Part shown: in pieces, positions 28,505-38,151 of the stretch
Layout: the number at the start of each line of letters is the position of its first letter
How positions within the stretch are numbered: position 1 is the first letter of the stretch
From: an uncultured bacterium
GTDB taxonomy: Bacteria > Patescibacteriota > Minisyncoccia > Phycocordibacterales > GWA1-40-21
Reading direction: 5' to 3'
DNA length: 64,000 bases
NCBI GenBank assembly: GCA_963804975.1
Contig: CAWDSG010000002.1
Span: forward strand, 341,015 to 405,014
The notes under the pieces: generated by a model
Seen by the model: the letters and a program-made list of their open reading frames with translations, nothing else
Database searches by the model: none
What the model was told of the DNA's origin: nothing
Program-made: the position numbers and the translations under genes

Positions 28505-28804
28505 TTAAAAATTTGGAGCTCTCGTTGATTGAGATGTAATAAAAGATAAATCTTTCAGGACTGTTGAAACATAAGAAAAAAACGGGCTGACTAGCGGCTT
28601 GATTGTCTGCCTTTCAAAATAAACAGGCAATGCCAAGTTTTCTTCTTTTCTGACCGCAGCTTGGCCGAGTATTTTTCCGTATACTGCCCTTGCTATCGTC
28701 TTACCGTTGATTTCTTGCAATTCAAAGACAACCAAGGCAAAGGAGCCGTTTGGCAAACGTACTGTTTTTCTTAGGTATTTTGGCTGTTTTTGGATGGATA
28801 ACAT
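28505..28804 (-). CDS. Hypothetical protein between grpE and dnaK, C-terminus ...TRAPNF
   Basis: 99-aa ORF co-oriented in the operon, 13 nt after the grpE stop. Confidence 0.7.
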   Translation of the reverse strand: MLSIQKQPKYLRKTVRLPNGSFALVVFELQEINGKTIARAVYGKILGQAAVRKEENLALPVYFERQTIKPLVSPFFSYVSTVLKDLSFITSQSTRAPNF

Positions 28805-28817
28805 ATTTGAAATTTAA

Positions 28818-29417
28818 TTATACCATTTTTTGATACTCCGCAACAGAAACTTGGGCTGGAATTATTACTCTGCCATTCAGCATATATCCTTTTTTCTTTA
28901 CCGAAATTATTTTGCCGTCTTGTTTTTCGTCATTGGTTTTTTCATGTACTTCGGCAACATGGAATTTCGGATCAAATTTTTCTTCAAGAGGATTTATTAT
29001 TTTTAGGCCGTTTTCATCAAGAATTTTCAGAAATTGCGAATGGATATATTCTATGCCGACTCGCCAGTTTTTATCCGCTTTTTCCCATGCTTCTTTATTT
29101 GCAAAAGCCATTTCAAACGAGTCAAGCACGGAAATCAATTCCGAAATGAGATTTTCGTTGCTGTATTTTATGACCTCCAGTTTTTCATTCTCAACTCTCT
29201 TTTTGTAGTTTACAAAATCAGCTCTTTCTCTCTGCCAGCCGTTCATATATTCCTGCTTTTCTTTTTCGCAAGCTTTCAGTTTTTCTCTAAGTTTTTTCAC
29301 GAGATCCTCCGGTATCTCATTTTCAGCTACAACATCGTCAGAAATGGTTTTTTTCACCTTTTCTTCCTCGTATATTATATCTTTATCATCATTATTTTTA
29401 GTCATATTCTTAGCCAT
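28818..29417 (-). CDS. grpE: Nucleotide exchange factor GrpE
   Basis: QRERADFVNYKKR, FDPKFH and KGYMLNGRVIIPAQV motifs. Confidence 0.95.
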   Translation of the reverse strand: MAKNMTKNNDDKDIIYEEEKVKKTISDDVVAENEIPEDLVKKLREKLKACEKEKQEYMNGWQRERADFVNYKKRVENEKLEVIKYSNENLISELISVLDSFEMAFANKEAWEKADKNWRVGIEYIHSQFLKILDENGLKIINPLEEKFDPKFHVAEVHEKTNDEKQDGKIISVKKKGYMLNGRVIIPAQVSVAEYQKMV

Positions 29418-29521
29418 TTTATCATATTTTATTTAAAAAGCAAGTTTTGAACTTGACGTTTATATAAAAATATGATACTCTTTTATTTGAAAGAACTTTT
29501 TATTAATAGGAGGTTGTGAGG

Positions 29522-29710
29522 ATGTCAAAAAATCACAAATGTACCGAAGAAGAACTTCGGCGAGAGCTTAGTTTAACGGGCAATATTTCCGAAGTATTTC
29601 GAATCTATTCCGAGGCCACGGATCTCGGGTATGAGTCACTAGCCGAGGAAATTATCGCAAAAGCTCAGAGTTTTTTACCGGAAGATTTAGGTTTGGTTAA
29701 AAAACCCTGA
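29522..29710 (+). CDS. Small acidic orphan protein
   Basis: TTGACG-N17-TACTCT at 29453-29481; AGGAGG at 29508; terminator at 29731-29766. Confidence 0.6.
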   Translation: MSKNHKCTEEELRRELSLTGNISEVFRIYSEATDLGYESLAEEIIAKAQSFLPEDLGLVKKP

Positions 29711-29783
29711 ATAAAAATCCCCAGTTCCATAAAATCCGCTTTCTTTGTAAAAAGAAAGCGGATTTTTATTTTTTTAACTTTTC

Positions 29784-31007
29784 TTATTCATACCTCAGAG
29801 CGTCAATCGGATTCAGGTTTGATGCCCGAGCCGCAGGATAATATCCGAATACAATGCCGATAAATGCCGAAACGCAGAACGACAACAAAACCGGCCAAAT
29901 AGTAACTTGCGATTGCAATAATCCCGTGAGCGACAAGACGACAGAAATAATAATTCCCAGAATCACTCCGATGATGCCGCCAAAAACCGTCAGCACTATC
30001 GATTCAATCAAAAATTGCAGGCGAATATCGTGTTTTTTCGCGCCAATAGCTTTTCTCAAGCCAATTTCTTTCGTTCGCTCGGTCACGGTAGTGAGCATCA
30101 TATTCATAATGCCGATGCCTCCGACCACAAGCGAAATGCCGGCGATCGCGGCGAAAAGATATGTGAGCGTGGTGGTGATGGATGATGCGGTGGATAAAAT
30201 ATCCGCTTCGTTGAGCGTGCTGAAATCGGCCTTTGCCGGATCCGAGATATTATGCCTTGAAAGCAGAATTGATGTTGCCTGATTTTGCACATCGGTAACC
30301 AAAGCGGAACTTTGCGCTTCTATGCTTATTTCGCTGACATATTTGTTTCCGGTCAGATATTGTTGAGCCACGCTGATCGGAATATAAACAGCATCATCCG
30401 AATTGCTGAATCCGGAGCCGCCTTTCGCTTTTGTCACGCCGATAACGGTAAAAATATCTCCACTGATTCGTATGGTCTGCCCTACCGCTTCGGCGCCAAT
30501 GCCAAAAAGATCATCCCTGGTAGTTGGCCCAAGTACCGCGACTCTGGCCAAATTTGTCACTTGGTCTTGCGTAAAAAACATTCCGTCATCAACGCTGAAA
30601 TTGCGCACTTCAAGATAATCAGGAATCGTACCGATAATGGATGTGTTTGTATTAGTGCCTGCGGCTACCACTTGCTTTCTGGCGGTAACATCTGGGGCAA
30701 CGGCTTTTGCGCTTATCACTTCCTGCGCAAGGGCGGTTGAATCATCTAAAGTAAGCGTATTTGCGCTTCCTCTTCCCGCACTGACTGTGCTTCCGGGAGT
30801 CCTTTGGGCGCCGGGAGATACGACGACAAGGTTTGAACCGATTGACTGAATGCTTTTTTGGATGGAATTTGATGCGCCAGTGCCGATTGCCAGCATGGAA
30901 ATAACCGATGCGATGCCGATGACAATGCCAAGCATCGTCAAGCTTGTCCTGACTTTATTGGATAGAAGAGCTGATGATGTTTCGTGCATTAAATCTGATA
31001 TCGTCAT
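29784..31007 (-). CDS. MacB/FtsX-family ABC permease
   Basis: LTMLGIVIG, GGIGIMNMM, ERTKEIGLRKAIGA and PIDALRYE motifs. Confidence 0.93.
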   Translation of the reverse strand: MTISDLMHETSSALLSNKVRTSLTMLGIVIGIASVISMLAIGTGASNSIQKSIQSIGSNLVVVSPGAQRTPGSTVSAGRGSANTLTLDDSTALAQEVISAKAVAPDVTARKQVVAAGTNTNTSIIGTIPDYLEVRNFSVDDGMFFTQDQVTNLARVAVLGPTTRDDLFGIGAEAVGQTIRISGDIFTVIGVTKAKGGSGFSNSDDAVYIPISVAQQYLTGNKYVSEISIEAQSSALVTDVQNQATSILLSRHNISDPAKADFSTLNEADILSTASSITTTLTYLFAAIAGISLVVGGIGIMNMMLTTVTERTKEIGLRKAIGAKKHDIRLQFLIESIVLTVFGGIIGVILGIIISVVLSLTGLLQSQVTIWPVLLSFCVSAFIGIVFGYYPAARASNLNPIDALRYE

Positions 31008-31025
31008 TGTGGTGATAAATTAAAA

Positions 31026-31736
31026 TTACGGATTTATTTTTACAATTCTTTTTGAGTGGCCTTTATCATCGCTTACGATAAGTCCGTCCCGGATATGAAT
31101 AATCCTATCCGCATGTTCCGCAACATCCCGTTCGTGAGTAATCAGAATAATGGTATGTCCTTCTTTTTTGTTCAGTTCCTGAAATGTTCCGAGTACGATT
31201 TCTCCCGTCTGTGTATCAAGATTTCCGGTCGGCTCATCCGCCATAATCAAAGACGGATCGTTAACGAGCGCCCGTGCAATTGCAACACGCTGAATTTCCC
31301 CTCCCGAAAGCTGATTTGAAAGATGACTCCACCTGCCTTCTTCAAGCCCTGCGGAAAGCAAAGCTTTTTTTGCAAGTTTTTCCCGTTCAATCGGTAATAT
31401 ATTAAGATACACGAGTGGCAATACGACATTTCTTAAAACCGTCGCCCGGCGCAAAAGATTGAAGGCCTGAAAAACAAAGCCGATTTTTTTCCCTCGTATA
31501 TCGGCAAGCTCATCTTCGGAAAGTTTTGAAACATCCTGGCCGTCAAGAAAATATGTTCCTGATGTAGGAGTATCAAGCGCGCCAAGAATGTGCATTAGGG
31601 TTGATTTTCCGGAGCCAGATGGCCCCATAATCGCTACGAATTCCCCGTCTTCAATTTTAAACGATACTCCTCTGACGGCTTTAGTTTCCGAATCGCCGTT
31701 TATGTATGTTTTTTTTATATCCTTGACTTCAATCAT
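31026..31736 (-). CDS. MacB/LolD-family ABC ATPase
   Basis: GPSGSGKST, LSGGEIQR and ADEPTGNLD motifs. Confidence 0.95.
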   Translation of the reverse strand: MIEVKDIKKTYINGDSETKAVRGVSFKIEDGEFVAIMGPSGSGKSTLMHILGALDTPTSGTYFLDGQDVSKLSEDELADIRGKKIGFVFQAFNLLRRATVLRNVVLPLVYLNILPIEREKLAKKALLSAGLEEGRWSHLSNQLSGGEIQRVAIARALVNDPSLIMADEPTGNLDTQTGEIVLGTFQELNKKEGHTIILITHERDVAEHADRIIHIRDGLIVSDDKGHSKRIVKINP

Positions 31737-31742
31737 TTGTAT

Positions 31743-31834
31743 TATGCGAAAATTATGCGAATGTTGCGAATATCAACGAAAATTAATTTGAATTTATTCG
31801 TAGCCATTCGTTTTATTCGCATAATTTTCGTATA
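31743..31834. repeat. Inverted pair of short CGAA-ending tandem arrays
   Basis: Four ~10-nt units ending CGAA face four units ending TTCG; the outer 20 bp are 19/20 complementary. Confidence 0.75.
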
Positions 31835-33793
31835 TTATCTTCCTCCTGTGAATGTTCCCACGGCGCCGCCTCCGAATTCTCCGACTCTGATAGCGCCGCC
31901 GGCTCCGCCAATTGTTCTTGTTGTCGCTTGCGTTGCGGCAGTTTTTACCGATGAGGCGCTGCCCGTGATTGTTCTTGTAACAACCATTTCTCCTTCCGTA
32001 AGGCCTGAAAGAATCTCAGTTTCGGTATCATTTGATATGCCGATTGTCACTTCAACTTTTACGACATTCGGCTGCGCAGCATTTGAAAGCGATTGCGCCT
32101 GGCTTTGCACGGAACTGCTGCCATATCTGAATTGCTTTGTCGTTGAACCGTTTGCAAATGTAGATGATGCGAAAGTGGACGAAGCAAAAGTTGAGGAAGC
32201 GAAATTCCTGTTTCTTGTTGAAGAACCAAAACTGCCATTGAAATTACCCATAAAACTTGAAGACGCAATTTTCGCCACAAGAACATATTTTTTCCCGCCG
32301 GAAGTTGTAATTGCCGAACTTGAAATCATAAGCACATTCTGATGATCAATGATATTTATATTCGCTATGGCGGTCATTCCTGTTTTTATAGAATCATTCT
32401 GTTCATCAAGTGCAATCTGAACGCCGTAGCTGACAACGCCTTGGCTTACTGTTCCGAGAGGGTCCACATATCTTACATGCCCGGCGATAGTGATATTTGG
32501 CAATGCGTCAAAAGTAATCTGTACCGGATTATTTGCCGCCACTTTTGCCGCATCAACTTCGTTTAAAGTCAGATTAACGACTCGTTGCGTTGTGATAAGC
32601 GTGCCAAGCGAATCCGATGACGAAACTTGCTGGCCAAGCTGTGCGGTAAGGCCGCCAATTTGTCCGTCAAACGGCGCAGTGATTATCCTGCTCTGATAAT
32701 TCTGCTCCGCGTTTGCAAGATTTGCATTTGCGTTATCAAGAGCTGATTTTGAAACGGTAACATCATCAGGATTTGGCGGGGCGATTTTCAAAGCTAAAAA
32801 TTGCTGGTCGTTTGCGAGATTTGTCACGGCGTTATTATAAGATTGGAGCAGAGATATAAGCGAACTGATTGCCGAATCGGCGCCTGATCTTGCGCTTGAA
32901 GCTCCCGATTTATCTGAATTTAATGTAGCTTGCGCAGTTGAACCTTGCGCTACGCTGTACGAACTGAATAAGGAAGTCATATTGTCAAAATAAGTCCTTA
33001 TTTGGTTTAAATATGAAATTGAATCATTGAGGAGAGTAACAAGTTCAGTAGAACTTATTGTCGAACTCGTTGCATTATTTATCTCTTCGTCCCACGCAAT
33101 AAGATTTGATCCGACAGAAACTCTGCCGGCTGCAACGCTGTTAACCAATTGCTGATTTAAAAAATCTATTCCGTTTATCATTAAGCTTGGATTTACGCCG
33201 GTTATATTCTGAAAAAACGGATCTGTGCTGATATAAACGGAATTTGATACCGATGAATATGCGTTTCGTATGCCAAGCAATATATTTTGCTGGTCGTTTG
33301 CAAGCCCAGTTTCGTCGGATTGAATCGTATTTTTGATTGACTGCAAATCCGATGCGGTTGGACCACCGACAAGTTTGTCATAACTTGCCTGAGCGCTTTC
33401 CACGCTTGCTTTTGCCTGATTGAGCGATTGGAGAGCATTTTTTCCGTCAAGTACAGCTATCACCTGCCCTGCTTTTACAAAATCGCCATTTTGAACTTTC
33501 ACTGAAACAATCTGACCAAGCGTTTGTGTCTGCCCCACTGTCTGCGGCTTTATACTTACTTCTCCGAGGGTGGCCACTTGCCCTGATCCACTGACAGAGA
33601 CCGCCAAATCCCCTCTTTGCACTTTGCCGAAAACATATTGAGTGACACTTGCTGATCCGCCTTTTGCAAACAGCACATAGACAAGCGATACGAAGATAAT
33701 TACCGAAACGATTGTAAGCGGTTTGTGCGCTGAGGCAAACGGTTTGATTTTTATTGTCCAGGCAACTTTAATTTTTGATAGAGCTGTTTTCAT
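31835..33793 (-). CDS. MacA/HlyD-family efflux adaptor with long coiled coil
   Basis: TM helix, SVSGSGQV, VKAGQVIA, ITAPFDG, LNEVD and EILSGLTEGE motifs; FASST repeats. Confidence 0.88.
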   Translation of the reverse strand: MKTALSKIKVAWTIKIKPFASAHKPLTIVSVIIFVSLVYVLFAKGGSASVTQYVFGKVQRGDLAVSVSGSGQVATLGEVSIKPQTVGQTQTLGQIVSVKVQNGDFVKAGQVIAVLDGKNALQSLNQAKASVESAQASYDKLVGGPTASDLQSIKNTIQSDETGLANDQQNILLGIRNAYSSVSNSVYISTDPFFQNITGVNPSLMINGIDFLNQQLVNSVAAGRVSVGSNLIAWDEEINNATSSTISSTELVTLLNDSISYLNQIRTYFDNMTSLFSSYSVAQGSTAQATLNSDKSGASSARSGADSAISSLISLLQSYNNAVTNLANDQQFLALKIAPPNPDDVTVSKSALDNANANLANAEQNYQSRIITAPFDGQIGGLTAQLGQQVSSSDSLGTLITTQRVVNLTLNEVDAAKVAANNPVQITFDALPNITIAGHVRYVDPLGTVSQGVVSYGVQIALDEQNDSIKTGMTAIANINIIDHQNVLMISSSAITTSGGKKYVLVAKIASSSFMGNFNGSFGSSTRNRNFASSTFASSTFASSTFANGSTTKQFRYGSSSVQSQAQSLSNAAQPNVVKVEVTIGISNDTETEILSGLTEGEMVVTRTITGSASSVKTAATQATTRTIGGAGGAIRVGEFGGGAVGTFTGGR

Positions 33794-33821
33794 TAGTTGA
33801 GCAATTATTATTAATAAATAT

Positions 33822-34301
33822 TTAATTTTGATTTGCCGGCGGCGGAGGCGGAAGCACTCTTATCAATCTTGCAAGAAGCACCGGATCGGTCGATGACGAA
33901 GGCGAACCGAATGCAACAACAAAATCGTCAGTTTTTAGATCATCAGTTTTTTCATCTCCATTTGCGTCTTTGATTTGCGTTGAACTTGAAATTTCAATTG
34001 TTTTTTCAATGCCTGAGCGGTCTTCAATGGTGATAAGCGGCAGTTTCAGTTCAACAATCTGCCCGACTGCGCCATGTGCACTTTCAAAATCTCCTTTTTG
34101 AATTCCCATTATTTTACTGTTTGGACCGCCATTTATTTCATGAAAGTAATTTTCACCAACCTTGTTGTAAAAAGAGGCCTTTTCAAATCCTACGGACATA
34201 CCGGCCTGAAAAACAAAAAGTAAAACCAAAAGCCCTATTATAATATAGATGATTATTTTGAATTTTCGTGTTCCAAAAATATTTTTTATTTCCTCAACCA
34301 T
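33822..34301 (-). CDS. Membrane-anchored OB-fold (DUF5666-like) protein
   Basis: One TM helix, then GQIV...STQI...DLKTDDFVVAFG...ARLIRV. Confidence 0.6.
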   Translation of the reverse strand: MVEEIKNIFGTRKFKIIIYIIIGLLVLLFVFQAGMSVGFEKASFYNKVGENYFHEINGGPNSKIMGIQKGDFESAHGAVGQIVELKLPLITIEDRSGIEKTIEISSSTQIKDANGDEKTDDLKTDDFVVAFGSPSSSTDPVLLARLIRVLPPPPPANQN

Positions 34302-34312
34302 AGTTTTATTGA

Positions 34313-34726
34313 TTAATTGTTAAATGAATAAGACAATTCTTTTTTGCTGTTTGTCGCATATCGGATGGATATGAAAATAACCAGCATGGAAACAAGCGTA
34401 ATTGTGATGGCAAAGAATGGCAGCGAATCAACGAGCGAAAGCGCAAATTCGCCAAAATTGCCGAGTACAAGCTTGCTGTCTGAAAAGATAAGCGATAAAT
34501 AAGCGGAAAAACCGGATAGCTCCAATGCGTTAAACAAGTTGACCGCAAAACCAATAAATGAAATTATTGAAACGGAAAAGACGGAAAAACCGATTATTTT
34601 CCTATTCTTATTTTTTCTTTCGATTGCGGTTTCAATGCTTTTCAAAATTTTATTTTTCAAATCCGCCGGCGGATTGATGTCATCAAGCGCCAGATACACA
34701 TTCGTATTTATGTAATTTTTTTTCAT
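34313..34726 (-). CDS. Putative anti-sigma membrane protein
   Basis: PPADLKNKIL N-terminus plus TM helices; directly downstream of an ECF sigma gene. Confidence 0.6.
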   Translation of the reverse strand: MKKNYINTNVYLALDDINPPADLKNKILKSIETAIERKNKNRKIIGFSVFSVSIISFIGFAVNLFNALELSGFSAYLSLIFSDSKLVLGNFGEFALSLVDSLPFFAITITLVSMLVIFISIRYATNSKKELSYSFNN

Positions 34727-34743
34727 ATCGTTTATTGCTGATT

Positions 34744-34772
34744 TATACGATTTTAAGGGCTATTTCGGTGCA
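34744..34772 (-). promoter_or_regulatory. Putative ECF promoter overlapping the end of the sigma gene
   Basis: TGCACC-N17-CGTATA on the minus strand. Confidence 0.5.
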
Positions 34773-35347
34773 TTTGCAAGTTTTTTCCTCAATATCAGAA
34801 GGGCTCTGCGATGCTGGCTTTTAACGGTGTTTACCGATTTTTTCAGTATTTTCCCGATTTCTTCAAAATCCAGACCTTCACGATATCGGAGCAATAAAAC
34901 CTCCCGGTATTGGACGGTCAACTCATTAAGCAGCCGTTCAATTATCGCTTTTTGCTCGCCTATTTCAAAAATCTCATGCGCGGTTTTTTCAATACCAACA
35001 AGATTGTCCTCAAAAAAATTATCGCCTTCTTCATTTTCAAATTGCGAAAATGAAATATTTTTCTTTTTCCGCATCCAGTCAATAGTTGTGTTCCTGACTA
35101 TCGTATAAAGCCATGTCTTGAATTTTTGCCCTTGCTTGAAATTTTTCATATTTTTCCACAACTTGACGAAGCTTTCCTGGGAAATTTCCTCGGCATCATT
35201 TTTATTTCCGCAAAGCCGATAGCTGAAATTATAAACCGGTTTGAGATAGCGATTCACAAGTTCTACAAAAGCCGGACTATTCCCTTTCATATAATCAAGA
35301 ATAAGTTCTTCGTCTTTTTTTAATTTGTAATCGTTTTGCACAGACAT
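34760..35347 (-). CDS. ECF sigma-70 factor (alternative start 35377)
   Basis: DAEEISQESFVKLW, FKTWLYTIVRN..ID and EIGKIL...TVKS motifs. Confidence 0.92.
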   Translation of the reverse strand: MSVQNDYKLKKDEELILDYMKGNSPAFVELVNRYLKPVYNFSYRLCGNKNDAEEISQESFVKLWKNMKNFKQGQKFKTWLYTIVRNTTIDWMRKKKNISFSQFENEEGDNFFEDNLVGIEKTAHEIFEIGEQKAIIERLLNELTVQYREVLLLRYREGLDFEEIGKILKKSVNTVKSQHRRALLILRKKLANAPK

Positions 35348-35398
35348 TATTATATATGAATTATTATATTTAAACACTTTTTGCTATAATGTTTAGAT

Positions 35399-36748
35399 AT
35401 GAAACCTGTTTTGCGAATCATAGGCAGTATAATCTTACTTTTTATTTTTGTTGTATTTTTTGCTCATGCTCAACTGCTTACTCCCGAGGAAAGAGCCCAG
35501 CTTGAAGCCGAGCTTGCGCAGGTGCAGGCGCAGGAAGCACAAGCGCAAAAAGATCTTGCCACGGCCCAGTCAAAATCATCTTCCCTGCAAAACGACATCA
35601 ATCTCTTGAATGCGAAAATCAAAGCCGAACAATTGGATATTCAGGCAAAAAATCTTCTCATCAAGACGCTTGGCAGCAATATTACCGATAAGCAGAACGA
35701 AATCAACAGCTTGAACAGCCAGATTGAATCAAATAAAAATGCCGTAGAAGATATGTTCAGGCAGCTTGATAAAACGGATTCAATCACTCTTATTGAAATT
35801 CTCCTTTCAAATGAGACCATATCCGGTTTTGTGGAAGATTCGCAAAATATAGAAACTTTGCAGCAAAATCTGGATGAATTATCTTTGGAATTGCAGAATG
35901 AAGAAGCTTCAACAACTGCGGCAAAAAAAGTGCTTGTAACAAAGCAAAATGCAGCAATCGATGCGCGTTATGCAATTCAACAAGAGCAAAAAACAGTTCA
36001 GGCGAATCAGACCCAGCAAAAGCAGCTTCTTTCAATCAGCAAAAATAATGAGAAAGCTTACACGGCTCTTGTAACCGCGGCAAAAAAACAAGCCGATGCA
36101 ATAAACGCAAAACTTTTCTCTCTTGCCGGCGGTTCAAATCCAATTCAATTTGGCCAAGCGTATCGGTACGCTCTTACCGCTCAGAGAAAAACAGGAATTG
36201 ATCCTGCATTTCTTCTTGCGATTTTTACCCAAGAATCAAATCTTGGAACGAATCAAGGCACATGTTATCTGACCAATGCGGTGACTGGCGCGGGGGTGAA
36301 CGTAAAATCCGGCAAAACGTATACGAATGTCATGAGTCCGGCGCGCGACGTGCCTCCTTTTCTTACAATTACGAATAATTTAAACGTTGACCCGTATCAT
36401 ACGATTGTTTCTTGTCCGCAATCTTTCGGCTGGGGCGGAGCAATGGGACCGGCACAATTTATCGCTTCGACATGGATGGGTTTGACGAGCCGAATCGCTT
36501 CAGCGCTTGGATTTAGCGGCATGGCGAATCCGTGGAGTCCGGAAGATGCATTTATGGCATCTGCAATCTATTTGTCCGATCTTGGCGCATCAGGCGGCGG
36601 ATATACGGCAGAAATCAATGCCGCATGCAGATATTATTCCGGAAAATCATGCTCTGCATCCGGACTTGCCGCAAGCTACGGCTCAAGCGTCATGGCTCTT
36701 GCCGCAACAATCCAGCAGACAGAAATAAACAAACTCCAGGGATATTAA
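35399..36748 (+). CDS. Exported coiled-coil protein with lytic transglycosylase domain
   Basis: Signal peptide, long coiled coil, then QESNLG, GAMGPAQFIASTW and NPWSPEDA...SAIYL. Confidence 0.85.
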   Translation: MKPVLRIIGSIILLFIFVVFFAHAQLLTPEERAQLEAELAQVQAQEAQAQKDLATAQSKSSSLQNDINLLNAKIKAEQLDIQAKNLLIKTLGSNITDKQNEINSLNSQIESNKNAVEDMFRQLDKTDSITLIEILLSNETISGFVEDSQNIETLQQNLDELSLELQNEEASTTAAKKVLVTKQNAAIDARYAIQQEQKTVQANQTQQKQLLSISKNNEKAYTALVTAAKKQADAINAKLFSLAGGSNPIQFGQAYRYALTAQRKTGIDPAFLLAIFTQESNLGTNQGTCYLTNAVTGAGVNVKSGKTYTNVMSPARDVPPFLTITNNLNVDPYHTIVSCPQSFGWGGAMGPAQFIASTWMGLTSRIASALGFSGMANPWSPEDAFMASAIYLSDLGASGGGYTAEINAACRYYSGKSCSASGLAASYGSSVMALAATIQQTEINKLQGY

Positions 36749-36769
36749 AAGTCTTACAAATTATTTTTT

Positions 36770-38131
36770 TTATTGATTAATTATTATTCTTTTTGATGGA
36801 GTAGAACTGGCGACACACAATTGGGCTTTGCCCGATTTAAAATCTTTAAACACAGTCATTTCACCTGGCGAAGCAAATACATTATTTGTTTTCATTATGA
36901 AAGAATCTTGGCTTTTTCCTTTCTCCAGTATAGTAGCAAACTTTATTGGAGAATTTGTCGCCGGATAAAATTCTAGAAGTTCTTTGCCAAATTGAGCAAC
37001 TACAGAATCTTCCCATCGATTTCGATAAATACCTTCGTATTTTGAATATACTGGCAACTTACCTTCATGTTTTGTTAGATTATCCAATCCGTTGTAAATC
37101 ATTTCAAAAACCCCTCTGCCGATACCAGATCCTTCGCTAGATTGGGAATTTGTAAGAACGATGACGCCCAAATCTAATGCTGGATCAAGAAATATTCGTG
37201 TTATAAATCCAAAGTATCCGCCACCGTGTCCAATGATCTTTCTTTTGGTAATGCGAATTATATCAAATCCAAGCCCGTATTCGTCATTCCCTTCTGTTTT
37301 TTCATGGCCTTTCATTATTTCTTTTTTTGATTCACGATTTATCAATGATTTTTTTGATTCTAATGACAAAGCGGAAAGATGTTTAGCAAGGTCGCTGACA
37401 TTCGAAAGAAAACCAGTGGCCGGAGCATATGCATTTGTCTTATAATGTTCAAAAACTTCTTCATCTTTATCTGGCATCTCTCTTCCATAACCGGTAGCGA
37501 CATTTTTTAACGATTTCGAATAATCGACAGTCGTTGAGTTCATTTGGAGGGGTTTTAGAATATTTTTTTCAATATAATCTTTGTATGTAAGACCGCTTAT
37601 TTTTTTAATTATCAGACCGAGTAGTGAGAAACCGTAATTCGTATATTTGAATCTTGTTCCATTTTCAAATGTAAGAGAAGATATGCCAAAAGATTTTTTC
37701 AGATCTGTCGGAAAATCACCCGTTTCCCAATGCGGCGTATCGCCATCACGGAAAAGCCCTGCTGTATGGGAAAGGATTTGCCGAATCGTTATATTTTTTG
37801 AATTTATATTTTTGCTTTTCGCCCTGAACCACGGAATGTAATCAGCGACTTTATCATCTAGACAAAGTTTTCCTTTCTCAACTAATTGTATTATCGCAAC
37901 TGATGTAAATGTTTTTGAAATTGAAGCAATGTGATACAACGTCTTTTCATTTACAGGTATTTTCTTTTCAAGATCGGTATAACCAAAACCTCGCGCGTAT
38001 ACTAAATTTCCTTTATACATAATTCCGATTGATAATCCGGGAGTTTTGTCGTATCTGATTTTAATTGGCAACCAAATATCTATAAGATGTGTCGTATTTT
38101 TAATTATTTGTGAAAGTTGTTCTTTTTTCAT
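36770..38131 (-). CDS. Serine hydrolase, class C beta-lactamase/PBP-like
   Basis: SISK, LSHTAG, YTN and HGG motifs. Confidence 0.9.
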   Translation of the reverse strand: MKKEQLSQIIKNTTHLIDIWLPIKIRYDKTPGLSIGIMYKGNLVYARGFGYTDLEKKIPVNEKTLYHIASISKTFTSVAIIQLVEKGKLCLDDKVADYIPWFRAKSKNINSKNITIRQILSHTAGLFRDGDTPHWETGDFPTDLKKSFGISSLTFENGTRFKYTNYGFSLLGLIIKKISGLTYKDYIEKNILKPLQMNSTTVDYSKSLKNVATGYGREMPDKDEEVFEHYKTNAYAPATGFLSNVSDLAKHLSALSLESKKSLINRESKKEIMKGHEKTEGNDEYGLGFDIIRITKRKIIGHGGGYFGFITRIFLDPALDLGVIVLTNSQSSEGSGIGRGVFEMIYNGLDNLTKHEGKLPVYSKYEGIYRNRWEDSVVAQFGKELLEFYPATNSPIKFATILEKGKSQDSFIMKTNNVFASPGEMTVFKDFKSGKAQLCVASSTPSKRIIINQ

Positions 38132-38151
38132 GGATTGATTATAACATTTTT

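Noticed and set aside
28350-29515. CIRCE operator or hrcA near grpE-dnaK
   Set aside because: TAGCAC at 28461 has no GAGTGCTAA partner, and no TTAGCACTC-N9-GAGTGCTAA was found.
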